Shown here: one piece after another, positions 40,369-50,610 of the stretch | Layout of the letters: the number at the start of each line of letters is the position of its first letter | How positions within the stretch are numbered: the first letter of the stretch is position 1 | Assembly: GCA_018992685.1 (NCBI GenBank) | Contig: JACVGT010000011.1 | Coordinates: forward strand, 160,001-224,000 | From: Theionarchaea archaeon | GTDB taxonomy: Archaea > Methanobacteriota_B > Thermococci > Methanofastidiosales > SZ-28-30 | Length of the DNA: 64,000 bases | Direction: 5' to 3' | Notes under the pieces: model-generated | Database searches by the model: none | The model's input: only the letters and a program-made list of their open reading frames with translations | Told to the model about the DNA's origin: nothing | Made by a program: the position numbers and the translations under genes

Positions 40369-40595
40369 CAATTTTTCTTTTCCTTTTCTTTTTTCAAAGT
40401 CGAAACATTCAACACTTGTTCCTTATAATATATTGAATAGCACATTTGAGGATTATAAAGATTCAATTCAAGAGATAAAATTACATTTATTTGTCACAAG
40501 TGTATGGCAATCTATATGGCACTCTTCAAAAACCGCCTCAACCGAAAAGCTTTTAATAGTACTTATCAAAAAGCGGAGAGAGGAGGTTTGCTGAA

Positions 40596-40865
40596 ATGGC
40601 TGACAATGTAGTTTACGTTGGAAATAAGCCCCCCATGAGCTATGTGCTGGCTGTAATCACCCTTTTCAATGAAGGGAACAAGACAGTTATTCTGAAGGCT
40701 CGGGGAAAGGCTATTTCCACAGCAGTGGACGTATGTGAACTCACCAGAAACAGATTTCTTTCTGAACTGGAAGTGAACGAGATCAGGACAGGTACAGAGG
40801 AACTTCCGCGCAGAGAAGGTGGAACTATCAACACCTCAACAATTGAGATAACCCTCTCGAAATAG
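40596..40865 (+). CDS. albA: DNA/RNA-binding protein Alba
   Basis: [34 protein letters not shown]. Confidence 0.97.
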   Translation: MADNVVYVGNKPPMSYVLAVITLFNEGNKTVILKARGKAISTAVDVCELTRNRFLSELEVNEIRTGTEELPRREGGTINTSTIEITLSK

Positions 40866-40876
40866 AGGAAGAATAC

Positions 40877-41380
40877 ATGAAGGCACCCATTTGCGAGATA
40901 TGCCTCAAGAGTGGCATACTGTGTTTAGGCTGTGAAGAAAAGCTGAGGAAAGGGACCATTACTGATCTAGATGTCAAGATATCCATACTCCTCTATCAAC
41001 TGGAACAGGAACATCATATTAGAGATATCTCTTTTGTCAAGGCAGTGGAATCTCGATCCATAATTGTCATTATTGTAGGGAAAGGCGAAATAGGAAACCT
41101 GATTGGAAAAGGGGGGAAGACAGTCAAGTTTCTCCAGCGCTCATTGAGAAAGAAAATACGTATTATTGAGGACACTGATGATGTAAGGAAGATAATCCAG
41201 GATCTGCTACATCCAGCGCGTGTTATGGGCATGAATATCCTTTATATGCCGTCAGGAGAGACAAAGCACAAGGTCAGAGTGCCGAGGGAAGATGAAAGGA
41301 GAATTCCCACCACAGTACAATCAGCAGAAGAGATCCTGTCAAAACTAACTGATCTGAATATCCAGGTGACTTTTGAGTAA
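40877..41380 (+). CDS. Archaeal NusA-like KH-domain protein with N-terminal zinc site
   Basis: MKAPICEICLKSGILCLGC; LIGKGG KH motif; conserved neighbour of alba. Confidence 0.85.
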   Translation: MKAPICEICLKSGILCLGCEEKLRKGTITDLDVKISILLYQLEQEHHIRDISFVKAVESRSIIVIIVGKGEIGNLIGKGGKTVKFLQRSLRKKIRIIEDTDDVRKIIQDLLHPARVMGMNILYMPSGETKHKVRVPREDERRIPTTVQSAEEILSKLTDLNIQVTFE

Positions 41381-41586
41381 GATTCCTGACTTCACTGGGT
41401 TAATCTCAAAGGATTATCAAGCATTATTTCGAGATTTTCCAGGTCTTGCTACCAGGTCCGGGGAGGTATCTGTACAGAGTCTGAGAGCATCCAGTCCAGC
41501 GGTTCTAAAGTGACCTCTCGTTAGGGCATTTACAGTCAGGAGGTTCTCCAGTAGTCAGATGCACATCTTGAACATGACATCGTGCT

Positions 41587-42093
41587 TCACTTCTCGTACA
41601 TATCGTATGACACCATGTCAGAGAGCGGTCTTCGACTGGAGGTGCGGCTCTCGTCGGGATAGCCCATGGATACGCAGCAGAGAATCCTGAGGGGATCATG
41701 TATTCCCAGAAGAGCTTTCATATCCTTCTCAAATTCTGCATCGATTACTCCCATCCAGCAGGTTCCCAGGCCCTGAGCATGTGCTGCCAAGAGAAGATTC
41801 TGAGTAGCGATACATGCGTCCATCAAGAAGTATTTTGGATTCTTGTCAGGATCACCCAATACCACAATGACCACGGGACTTTCTTTCATGAACCGCCCGT
41901 AGGGATGCATTTCAGATAGGCTCTTTCTCGTATTCTCGTTTCTTACTACAATAAAATGCCAGGGCTGCTTGTTACTGGCGGAAGGAGCCCACTGGGCAGC
42001 TTCCAGACACTTTTGGATCTTCTCATCCTCAACAAGATCTTTCCTGTACTTTCTGATACTTCTTCTATTTCTTATAGCATCAAAGACGTCCAT
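41587..42093 (-). CDS. Nitroreductase family protein
   Basis: RRSIRKY, APSASNKQPW, GLGTCW, MGYP. Confidence 0.92.
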   Translation of the reverse strand: MDVFDAIRNRRSIRKYRKDLVEDEKIQKCLEAAQWAPSASNKQPWHFIVVRNENTRKSLSEMHPYGRFMKESPVVIVVLGDPDKNPKYFLMDACIATQNLLLAAHAQGLGTCWMGVIDAEFEKDMKALLGIHDPLRILCCVSMGYPDESRTSSRRPLSDMVSYDMYEK

Positions 42094-42267
42094 ATTATCA
42101 CCTGATAACGGGCTCAATCCACCATAAAAAGGTTGTGGAACCTTTCAGAGAAATCACAACTGCAGATTACATCTGGACGAGGAATCTTCTGGTCAGTCCT
42201 CTGACGTGTGATTGACATCGATTTGAGAATTACAAACCCTTATAAGAACGCTTCCAGAGAGTGGGGT

Positions 42268-42384
42268 ATGGCACTGATCTTCGGTATGAGTCCAGGTGTT
42301 CTTGCTGCCTGGATTGTGGGATTGATAACTGTTGTGCTCGCGCTGCTCTACCCATTGATGACAAAAGATGAGGAGGGAGAATAA
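42268..42384 (+). CDS. Symporter small accessory protein (38 aa, one TM)
   Basis: MALIFGMSPGVLAAWIVGLITVVLALLYPLMTKDEEGE; TATA about 29 nt upstream; TAATG overlap with symporter; absent from ORF track. Confidence 0.75.
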   Translation: MALIFGMSPGVLAAWIVGLITVVLALLYPLMTKDEEGE

Positions 42385-43859
42385 TGCAGCCTGACTTGGT
42401 ACCTGTTGAGAGTTACATAGCGATTGCTGTAGGCGTTTTTGTTCTGTATCTCATTCTGAATGTTTTCATAGGATATTATGGAAGCAAAAAGACTAAAACA
42501 GCGAAAGATTACTATTTTGCCTCTCATTCCGTTGGTCCCTGGGCCATTGCCCTGGCGTACGGGGCTACCTGTTACAGTGCTACTTTAATTATTGGGTATG
42601 GTGGCCTCTCGTACAAGATAGGAACTTCTATGCTGTGGATTGCGGCTACAAACATACTGATCATGACCTATCTGGCCTGGGTTGTCCTCGGGAAGAGGGT
42701 GAGAAAGATGCAGGAGAACCTGGAAGCCTACACCGTCATGGAATTGCTGACCAAGAGATATCAGAATAAGAGTGTACGCCCCATCCTGGCCTTTATCGTC
42801 ATGTTTGCCATGATGGCCTACTCTGTTGCTGTGTTGAGCGGGACTGCCCGCCTATTCCAGGTGATCTTTGATATTCAGTTCTTGTATTCATTGATTATTA
42901 TCGTGGCCGTCATTGGATTTTACATCACGGTGGGTGGAATCATATCCACAATCTATGCGAATTTCCTTCAAGGGGCTGTCATGCTCTTGGGAATGGTGAT
43001 TCTAGTAGCAGGCATTATATACAAGGTCGGACTTGCATCAGGATTTGAACAGCTTGGTGCCTTGGGGACAGAGTATGTCTCAATGCCTGGAACGAGTACC
43101 TGGTGGTTCCTGATATCTTTGTGTCTGGTAACCAGTCTGATGCCCTGGGGTATGCCACAGGTAATTTCCATGTTATATTCTGCCAAGAACGTAAGGGCAA
43201 TTAGACTGGCCGTTCCTATTGTCACAGTCTGGTCTTTCGTCATCCTGTACACTGTTTACACGGCAGGTCCTCTGGCCAGAGTTGTCCTGGGGCCTGATAT
43301 GAATCAGGACGTCGTCATGCCCACCTTGTTTCGAGCAATCCTTCCTGCTATTGGGATTGGTGTGGTCTTGTCTGCTGTGGTGGCGGCCTCCATGTCAACG
43401 GCTTCTGCAACGACCTTGCAGGCCTCGTTCGCCCTGTCCAGGGACTTGTTGCAGCCTGCTTTCCCGGATAAGATCTCTGACGAGAGCATCCTGAAAGTGT
43501 CCAAGATCACGACTGTACTTATGGTGGCCATTGCATTTGGGCTGTCTTATCTGAGATTAGGGACTATTGCTGACATTTTCAACTTCGGTGCTGCAGCCTC
43601 TTGTGCCGCCTTTGTACCACCCCTCGTGTGTGGACTGTTCTGGAAACGAGGAACATCAAAGGCAATACTGGCCAGTACTGTTTGCGGATTCTTGACAGTG
43701 TTGGTGTGGACAGCCCTTTTCGGGCTCTCAGGAGAAGAGTTCCACGGAGTTCAGGCTATCATCCCGAGCCAAATTGTGGCCTGGATTGTGTTTATAGTGA
43801 GTTCTCTCGTGACAGAACCATTACCACAGGAACACATTGGACGCGCAATGGAATTCTGA
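42384..43859 (+). CDS. Sodium:solute symporter (PutP/PanF-like)
   Basis: About 13 TM; DYYFA, GMPQ, AASMSTA, GLFWKRGT. Confidence 0.92.
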   Translation: MQPDLVPVESYIAIAVGVFVLYLILNVFIGYYGSKKTKTAKDYYFASHSVGPWAIALAYGATCYSATLIIGYGGLSYKIGTSMLWIAATNILIMTYLAWVVLGKRVRKMQENLEAYTVMELLTKRYQNKSVRPILAFIVMFAMMAYSVAVLSGTARLFQVIFDIQFLYSLIIIVAVIGFYITVGGIISTIYANFLQGAVMLLGMVILVAGIIYKVGLASGFEQLGALGTEYVSMPGTSTWWFLISLCLVTSLMPWGMPQVISMLYSAKNVRAIRLAVPIVTVWSFVILYTVYTAGPLARVVLGPDMNQDVVMPTLFRAILPAIGIGVVLSAVVAASMSTASATTLQASFALSRDLLQPAFPDKISDESILKVSKITTVLMVAIAFGLSYLRLGTIADIFNFGAAASCAAFVPPLVCGLFWKRGTSKAILASTVCGFLTVLVWTALFGLSGEEFHGVQAIIPSQIVAWIVFIVSSLVTEPLPQEHIGRAMEF

Positions 43860-44150
43860 ATCATTTCTTCTCTTTTCATTTTGTACTGACCTTTTTTCGA
43901 GCCGTGATTCGCTTATTGAAGATTTACTCTTCTGGTGTACCAGTAGACAGCGTGGATCTAATAGGAGCCAGAAACTCAGAGCCACAGGCTTCTACACAGA
44001 GAGATGGAGATCAAGACATTACCACAAGAAAGGAGGAAGAAAAGCAGTTCCTCTTTGGTGGAGGAATAATGGCACTTCTTTCTGTTTGTCATCAAAAGTA
44101 TATAGATCTATATGAATAACCTTATTAAGCGCCCCTTGGAGAAGGTGGCT

Positions 44151-45029
44151 ATGAAGGTTGTCTTTCTGGGAACTGCAGCTGGCCGGCCAACCCGTACCCG
44201 CAGCTTACCCTGTATTGCCCTCCAGTTCGAAGGGGAAACCATCCTTTTTGATTGTGGGGAAAACGCTCAGAGACAGATGATTTCTGTAATTTCTCCGTCA
44301 AAGATCGGGAAGATTTTCATATCTCATTTCCATGGTGATCACTACCTGGGGTTGGGAGGGCTCCTCCAGACTATGAGCCTCAATAGACGTGAGACTCCTC
44401 TTTCAATTTATGGCCCTCAGGGAACGATTGAGTATTTGAAACACTATTTTGCCTCAGGTCACTTTGGCATCAGATTTGAAATCACCCTCTGTGAAATAGA
44501 GGAGACCACCATTGAGGAGGATCTATACCGCATCAGATCATTTCCGGTAGACCATGGTGTTGCCACCATTGGATTCGTGTTTGAGGAAAAGGAAAAAAGG
44601 GGAAGGTTCCTGGAGGAGAAAGCAAAATCCATGGGGATTCGAGGAAAGCTATTTTCCGAAATTGAAGAGAAAGGGCGGGTAGATATTGATGGGAAGATCA
44701 TAACTCTGGAGGAGGTTACAGGACCTCCCAGACCGGGAAGAAAAATTGTCTATGCTGCAGACACGCTTCCTTGCCAGAAGGTCGTTGAAGTGGCTCACAA
44801 CTGTGACATGCTGCTCCACGAGGGAACCTACCTCAACGACGAAGATAGACACGGCACCTACCACACGACTGTGAAAGAAGCGTGCGAAATTGCCAAGAAA
44901 GCTAAGGTAAAGACCCTGGTTCTCACACACATATCTCAGCGTTACGAAGATCACGAAATAAGAGAAGAGGCCGAGAAATGGTTTCCTGGTGCTGTGGTTG
45001 CTGAGGATCTCATGGAGATTGAGCTGTAG
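44151..45029 (+). CDS. rnz: Ribonuclease Z
   Basis: FLGT, DCGE, HFHGDH, exosite with GPPRPGRK, HEGT, THISQRY. Confidence 0.95.
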   Translation: MKVVFLGTAAGRPTRTRSLPCIALQFEGETILFDCGENAQRQMISVISPSKIGKIFISHFHGDHYLGLGGLLQTMSLNRRETPLSIYGPQGTIEYLKHYFASGHFGIRFEITLCEIEETTIEEDLYRIRSFPVDHGVATIGFVFEEKEKRGRFLEEKAKSMGIRGKLFSEIEEKGRVDIDGKIITLEEVTGPPRPGRKIVYAADTLPCQKVVEVAHNCDMLLHEGTYLNDEDRHGTYHTTVKEACEIAKKAKVKTLVLTHISQRYEDHEIREEAEKWFPGAVVAEDLMEIEL

Positions 45030-45274
45030 TCACTACTTCTTCTTACTTCACTCGTTCAGCCGTGAGCTCTTCCATGTCCACAGGAGTGAGCAATTTCTCA
45101 AGTACGAACCCTGCATTCTTACTAACTCGTGGGCGTCAGGCGAAAGTTGCAGTGGCAAAAGTATTTCATTGAACTCTTCTAGGCTATTACGCTATCGCAC
45201 GTAATGGATACATGTGAAGAAAACAACAATAGTTACAGACATCGAAGAACGTACGTTATCTTGGGCTGAGTAGC

Positions 45275-45649
45275 CTATTGGGGTATCTGAAAGACCTTGC
45301 TCACAATCTTCCAGCCATCCTTGAATTTGAAGAGAAGCATGTAATCAGTAGAAAAGAAGGTATCATTCTTGTAGACCTCAATTTTTATACAGGCTGTGTC
45401 ACCCGTAATATCAACGAACTTGAAGGTATATTCCGTTTTGCCTTTCCACAGTTCAGGATTCTGTCTTTTCATTCCTTCTATTCTTCTTAACCACTCTGCA
45501 ATGTTCACTTTTTGTACTGTCTCACCTTCTCTTACATACATGTAGAAATCCTCATGAAACCCTCTTCGAATGGTTTTCTCGTCCTGAGTCTCGTGAATGC
45601 CCCGAATGTAGGCATCAATAATTACTTTCTCAACAGCTTCTTTACTCAT
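45275..45649 (-). CDS. NTF2-like (lumazine-binding-2) protein
   Basis: VDITGDTA.IKIE...TDYMLL.K..DGWKIVSK. Confidence 0.8.
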   Translation of the reverse strand: MSKEAVEKVIIDAYIRGIHETQDEKTIRRGFHEDFYMYVREGETVQKVNIAEWLRRIEGMKRQNPELWKGKTEYTFKFVDITGDTACIKIEVYKNDTFFSTDYMLLFKFKDGWKIVSKVFQIPQ

Positions 45650-45906
45650 CTGGTCTCACCTCAAAGGATTTTCTCCTCCTCTCCAGGACCCCCTATATAA
45701 ATGTACTGTTCTTTCAAGGGAGCATTTCTGCTTAATTCAGCTTCTGGAAGCAGCATTACACAGGATACCAAAGCCTCGTCTCACCGTTTTTGTGTCACTG
45801 TTTCTCACGTGGCCGGGTACGTTCGTGTGTGCAGTAACTGTGAGTTCAGCACTTTGGGAAATCTCAGCTCTTGTTCCACAGACGTTCTGGAAGGATGAGA
45901 AGGATT

Positions 45907-46365
45907 TCACGATTTTCCGGCGCCCGTTTCAAGGAGCTGTTTGAGATTTTCTCCTTCCTCCTTCATATGTATTCTGATGGCCTGTACTCTGTCCTTGAAG
46001 AGGAATTTCGAAAGTGCACCCAGCCGAAAAGTAATGGAAGCAGTAAAGATGCAGCTCTCTCCTTTTGGGTATATTCGAAATGAGCCGTTTGGACTGATGA
46101 TCGCATGGGGAAACAGTACATCGTATTCGAATTGTGTTGGTTCTACGTTCTTCATCCGAAACGTCATCTTGTGTAATTGCCCGTGCAAGTATTCTTCAAT
46201 GTATAAGACGGAACCTTCTTGTGCTTCTTCTCCTTTGATCCTGCGACACTCGACGTGATCAGAATGCCACGCTCTGTAGTTGTCTTCAAGATGGGCCAGG
46301 AATTCAAAAATCCTCTCGGGCGTCGTCTTGATTTCTATTGAATCTTCGAGGAGCATTTTCATCAC
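45907..46365 (-). CDS. SRPBCC family protein
   Basis: SIEIKTTPERIFEF...W...HMKEEGENLKQLLE. Confidence 0.8.
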   Translation of the reverse strand: MMKMLLEDSIEIKTTPERIFEFLAHLEDNYRAWHSDHVECRRIKGEEAQEGSVLYIEEYLHGQLHKMTFRMKNVEPTQFEYDVLFPHAIISPNGSFRIYPKGESCIFTASITFRLGALSKFLFKDRVQAIRIHMKEEGENLKQLLETGAGKS

Positions 46366-46701
46366 CTGTTGTCACTCGTAGGGTAGCATTACACCCTCAC
46401 TAATATAACTCTTGTGTTCCCACTCTTCTTGCGGGTCACGCACAGTCTCCCACATGCCCTTTGTTACTTGCCTGTGTCTTTGTGACGGTCAGCCGATTCA
46501 AAGCATACGACTCGTGGTTTCTAGGCAACCGAGTGAGCTGGATCCCCGTATGCTCCGAGGTCAACTCAATGATCAACTGGATATAGGTGTGGTCCCTAAT
46601 CGAGAACCTGTTGATTCTCGCAAATGGGTTGAACATGAGTACTCACTATCTGACCAGAAAAAACACAAACCATTTAAACCACATGCTTAATAAACATGTT
46701 C

Positions 46702-47418
46702 ATGAAGCGCACAACTCTTGCCATGGTAGTCATAGTTCTGGGATTACTTGTGGTAGTAGCAGGGATTATCCCGCTCAACCGTCGGGTCATTGTGACAGAA
46801 GAGAAGATAATGCAGGTTACCGAGCACAGAGAAGAGAGCAGAACGAAAGAAGAGACCTACACCGAAGAGACTGTCATTAGGACAGAAACCAAAAAGGAGA
46901 CGCTCCTCCAGGAGGAGATTTCAGTGACTCCAGGTTCCACACTGGGCAGTACCTTCACTCTTGTTGCAGGAGATATTATCACATTGAAAGCCCACTCAGA
47001 AGGTGGGAGCATGATGCTTTCCTTCACAGGACAAGGAGAAGTCTATATAGGTCTGGACGTGGGTGAAGATATAGAACAGGAATTTACCATCAGGAAGGAT
47101 GGCGAACACTCGTTGTTATACTCTTCTGCAGACGTGAGCAAGGACATTGTCATTGACTTTGTCGTTATTAGAATCTATGAAGAACCCATTACTGAAAAGG
47201 AAGAGAAGACCAGGACAGTTGAATACACAGAGACTGTGCCGTACACTGTTGATGTCCCCTATACTGAGCAGACTGCCAAGAAGGAGACCTATACCCTGGA
47301 CTATTTGAAGTACGTGGGAATCGTGGTGATCATTCTGGGAGTAGCCCTCTACACCGTTTCCAGAAAGTCAAAGAAGGACGATGAGCCGAGGAAAAGTACA
47401 AAAAAGAAGAAAAAATGA
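46702..47418 (+). CDS. Membrane-anchored hypothetical protein with beta-sandwich domain
   Basis: N- and C-terminal TMs, Thr/Glu-rich stalks, basic tail. Confidence 0.7.
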   Translation: MKRTTLAMVVIVLGLLVVVAGIIPLNRRVIVTEEKIMQVTEHREESRTKEETYTEETVIRTETKKETLLQEEISVTPGSTLGSTFTLVAGDIITLKAHSEGGSMMLSFTGQGEVYIGLDVGEDIEQEFTIRKDGEHSLLYSSADVSKDIVIDFVVIRIYEEPITEKEEKTRTVEYTETVPYTVDVPYTEQTAKKETYTLDYLKYVGIVVIILGVALYTVSRKSKKDDEPRKSTKKKKK

Positions 47419-48197
47419 TTAACCTACCTGAATTGAGGGACTATCTGGAATCGTTCCAGGACCCAGATGGAAAGATTCGTTCCGAGAACAGCGTTAAGGC
47501 TACGGCTGAATTTGCTCTCGTTCACCGGCTGTGTCCCCGTCTTGCAGTAGGCAATCTGGGGGCGGCCAAAACATATCTTAGAAGTCAATTATCTCCTTTT
47601 GCAGAGTACCAGATAAAGAAAGGATTCTCATTCATGGAGAAAATCTGGCACATCACAGTGGGAATACCTGAAGATACCCTGTTCCTGGATTCTCCAGTTC
47701 ACGAACTGATTCAGAGTTCACTGTCGCCCTCTGTGAAATCAGCATTGCTTTTGCTCTTGTTGATGCAGAAATCTCAGAGAAATCTCTCAAGGTATGTACA
47801 GGAAATCGGCTCGTACCAGGAAGAGTTGCTGGAAACCTCTAGTCTTGATACCGTTTATGAGACGACCCACAACCTGATAACTTTTTATTTTGCCCAGAAA
47901 TACTATTCAGTATCTGAAATCATCCGGGAGAGCTGTTCATGGCCTGCAAGAACCGTAATGTCTTTCAGAGAGTGTATCGATGTAGTAGCAGAATCAGCGG
48001 CTGTCATTTTACTGTTTGGATACAGAAAAGATCAAGAAGTAGGTGGCATGCTTGACTGGGTCTCGAAGAACCAGCAGGCAGATGGTGGGTTCCCGGTGTA
48101 CGTTGGTGGGAAAAGTGAGTTTCACCCTTCACTGGTTACTGCATGGGCATGTACCGCCCGAGATACTGCACCACCCCACCGATTTACCTCGACCTGA
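47415..48197 (+). CDS. Hypothetical protein with prenyltransferase/terpene-cyclase-like repeats
   Basis: FQDPDG and NQQADGGF motifs; ATGA overlap with upstream gene. Confidence 0.55.
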   Translation: MINLPELRDYLESFQDPDGKIRSENSVKATAEFALVHRLCPRLAVGNLGAAKTYLRSQLSPFAEYQIKKGFSFMEKIWHITVGIPEDTLFLDSPVHELIQSSLSPSVKSALLLLLLMQKSQRNLSRYVQEIGSYQEELLETSSLDTVYETTHNLITFYFAQKYYSVSEIIRESCSWPARTVMSFRECIDVVAESAAVILLFGYRKDQEVGGMLDWVSKNQQADGGFPVYVGGKSEFHPSLVTAWACTARDTAPPHRFTST

Positions 48198-48248
48198 CCA
48201 GTTCTCGAGGTTGCCAATGCTTTTAAAGAACAGAACACACTATCTCCC

Positions 48249-49067
48249 ATGGATATGACAGCAGAAACCATCCTCAATCAGTTACTGGTAGAGGACATTG
48301 GATTTGGGGATATCACATCTCAGTTGCTGGTAGATGAGAGGGGTACAGCCAGCATCATAACCAAGGAGGATTGTATCCTCTCAGGAGCTGAATATGCGAA
48401 ATATCTGTTCGACGTGAGAGGAGCTGATTGTCATCTTCCGTGCCATGAAGGGCAGAGGATAGCCAATGGGACGGCGGTTTTGACTGTTGAGGGATTGTAC
48501 AGGACCATATTCGAAGTGGAAAGGACAGCTCTCAACCTCCTCACGAGGATGTCTGGCATTGCTACCCAGACTCGCACACTAGTGGACATGGTTCATGAGG
48601 TCAATCCTCACTGCCGGGTGGCTGCAACCAGGAAAACTGTTTTGCGGTACTTTGACAAGAGGGCAGTGATAACCGGAGGTGGCGATCCTCATCGGTTCAG
48701 ACTGGATGACCTGATTCTCTTAAAGGACAACCATGTAAAGATACTGGGGATAAGAGAAGCTCTCACCCGGGCCAGACAATTTTCTTTCTCCAAGAAAGTG
48801 GAAATCGAAGTGTCTACTGTAGAAGACGCGGTCACTGCCTGCAAGTGTGGGGCTGATATTATCATGCTGGACAACATGGACCTGGACACCACCAGGAATG
48901 CAGTGGAAGCAGTGAAGAAGATTTCACCCGGAGTATTGGTTGAGGCCTCAGGAAACATGACGCAGGAAAATATTACAGCATATGCTGAAACGGGAGTAGA
49001 TATTATCTCGTTAGGAACCATAACCCACTCTGTCAGGGCAATCAACATGAGCCTGGAGGTTGTGTAG
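48249..49067 (+). CDS. nadC: Nicotinate-nucleotide diphosphorylase (carboxylating)
   Basis: EDIGFGDITS, ERTALN, TRKT, HRFRLDD.ILLKDNH, IMLDNM, EASG. Confidence 0.95.
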   Translation: MDMTAETILNQLLVEDIGFGDITSQLLVDERGTASIITKEDCILSGAEYAKYLFDVRGADCHLPCHEGQRIANGTAVLTVEGLYRTIFEVERTALNLLTRMSGIATQTRTLVDMVHEVNPHCRVAATRKTVLRYFDKRAVITGGGDPHRFRLDDLILLKDNHVKILGIREALTRARQFSFSKKVEIEVSTVEDAVTACKCGADIIMLDNMDLDTTRNAVEAVKKISPGVLVEASGNMTQENITAYAETGVDIISLGTITHSVRAINMSLEVV

Positions 49068-49154
49068 TGGGGTTGAAAGAGGGGATATGCCGTGAGTACT
49101 GCACAGACAGGCACTCTTTTTGTTATATCTCGAGGAACAGGTGCGTGTATCTGA

Positions 49155-49922
49155 ATGATTCAGGTAACTGACCTCGTCATGCTTAGACTGTGTCCATACC
49201 GCTTCTACCTGGAAAGAATACAGAAAAAAAAAGCCCCCACCACTCAGGAAATGTACCTGGGTACTGTCTACCACAAGATAGCTGAGGAGACAGTACGACG
49301 CGATAGTCTGATCATTACGGAATTGAAGGAGGGATGTAAACCCCGCCAGATCTTTGATCTTCTATATGTGGAGTACTGCAGAGTGATACGGAATGTCATC
49401 TTGAGAAGGAAGACCAAGTTACGATCACTGAATATTGATGCTGAGAACCTATCACAGGAATTGAGGGAGTTCTACAAGGAGATTGCTATCCAAAAAGCCC
49501 TTTCTGTGAAAAGAGCACTTGAAAAAAGGGAAGAGGAAGTCATTGTAGGAAACGTGGAGTACAGAATTGAGGATGCGGAACTAGAATTATTGGGAAGGGT
49601 TGATCGCATTGAGATCCACGGAGATCTCCTGCTTCCTGTAGAGATTAAAACGGTGGAAAAGAAGAGACCAACCTTCAGTGAAATGCTGCAGCTTGCTGGA
49701 TATGCCTTGCTGCTGGAAAGGGAGAGATGTACTGTAGTGAACAAAGGGATAATCGAGTATCCTTCTACACGGATTATTGTGGATATCCCGGACAAGTTCA
49801 AAGAAAACGTTGTGAACCTGAGGGATCATGCTCTCAAAATCCTGGCAGGAGAAGTCCCTGAAAAGGTGAGAACAGATAAGTGTGACAGGTGCCAGTTTTT
49901 TGATGTATGCTGGAATGAATGA
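49155..49922 (+). CDS. cas4: Stand-alone Cas4-family exonuclease
   Basis: N-term CP; GRVD...PVEIK; QLAGYA; C-term CxxCxxxxxC Fe-S ligands; no other cas genes nearby. Confidence 0.8.
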   Translation: MIQVTDLVMLRLCPYRFYLERIQKKKAPTTQEMYLGTVYHKIAEETVRRDSLIITELKEGCKPRQIFDLLYVEYCRVIRNVILRRKTKLRSLNIDAENLSQELREFYKEIAIQKALSVKRALEKREEEVIVGNVEYRIEDAELELLGRVDRIEIHGDLLLPVEIKTVEKKRPTFSEMLQLAGYALLLERERCTVVNKGIIEYPSTRIIVDIPDKFKENVVNLRDHALKILAGEVPEKVRTDKCDRCQFFDVCWNE

Positions 49923-50036
49923 GCATGAATCTTCATTGCTATTCTTATTCATGCCCCAATTGTTTCTGTGTGAATTAAGAAAAACCACACCAGGAAAGGG
50001 GTTCATCTGCCCACACGGGGGATTCGCTGTAACCAG

Positions 50037-50519
50037 TCATCTGAGATGCTTGCACCTGATTGTGTACAGCAACACTGAGGCCAACAGAGTCCCACCACAA
50101 AAGAGATACATGTAGATGGGAGAAACCAAGTATAATGGATTCCTCTTGAAAGGGTAGAAAGCGGTTATTTCCCTGTATATAAGTGAATCAATGACGATAT
50201 GAAAGTGAAGCCCAAAAAAAGAGCTCCCTAGCACCTTTTCAAATGATGAACATTGCTGTAGGCCGAAATCGGTTGTTACTCCTCTGATTCCATCCTGCAT
50301 TGCATACATGACACATGCTGTGATGAGAGCCAGGGGGGAGCTGCCTACAAAGCTGTGAAAGAGCCCATGTGCGGGGTAGTCGAGGGACAATCCAAGGACT
50401 ACGAGAGGTTCAAGGTCGATGAGCGTGGTAGTTGTCAGCAATGTAGCAAAGTCAACCCTTTGAAACCCGGCCAATCCAATCAAAGATGTGGGCCCCCAGT
50501 GGAATGGTGTAAACGGCAT
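50037..50519 (-). CDS. Membrane-bound metal-dependent hydrolase-like protein
   Basis: MPFTPFH.GP, IDLEP, HGLFHS, HIVID, PFYP-like motif. Confidence 0.75.
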   Translation of the reverse strand: MPFTPFHWGPTSLIGLAGFQRVDFATLLTTTTLIDLEPLVVLGLSLDYPAHGLFHSFVGSSPLALITACVMYAMQDGIRGVTTDFGLQQCSSFEKVLGSSFFGLHFHIVIDSLIYREITAFYPFKRNPLYLVSPIYMYLFCGGTLLASVLLYTIRCKHLR

Positions 50520-50610
50520 AATGCCATTCACCACTCTCCACATATGTACTTATGTGTTGCTCCTTCCACTCCGGGATACAGAACCAGTTAGGGAAGAGTG
50601 TGAGAAGGTT

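Noticed and set aside
34178-40865. Deacetylase-Cdc6-Alba as a chromatin acetylation module
   Set aside because: Genes are separated by unrelated ORFs and separate promoters, so proximity alone is not evidence
45043-45125. Minus-strand fragment KNAGFVLEKLLTP resembling a methyltransferase C-terminus
   Set aside because: Too short to support a pseudogene call
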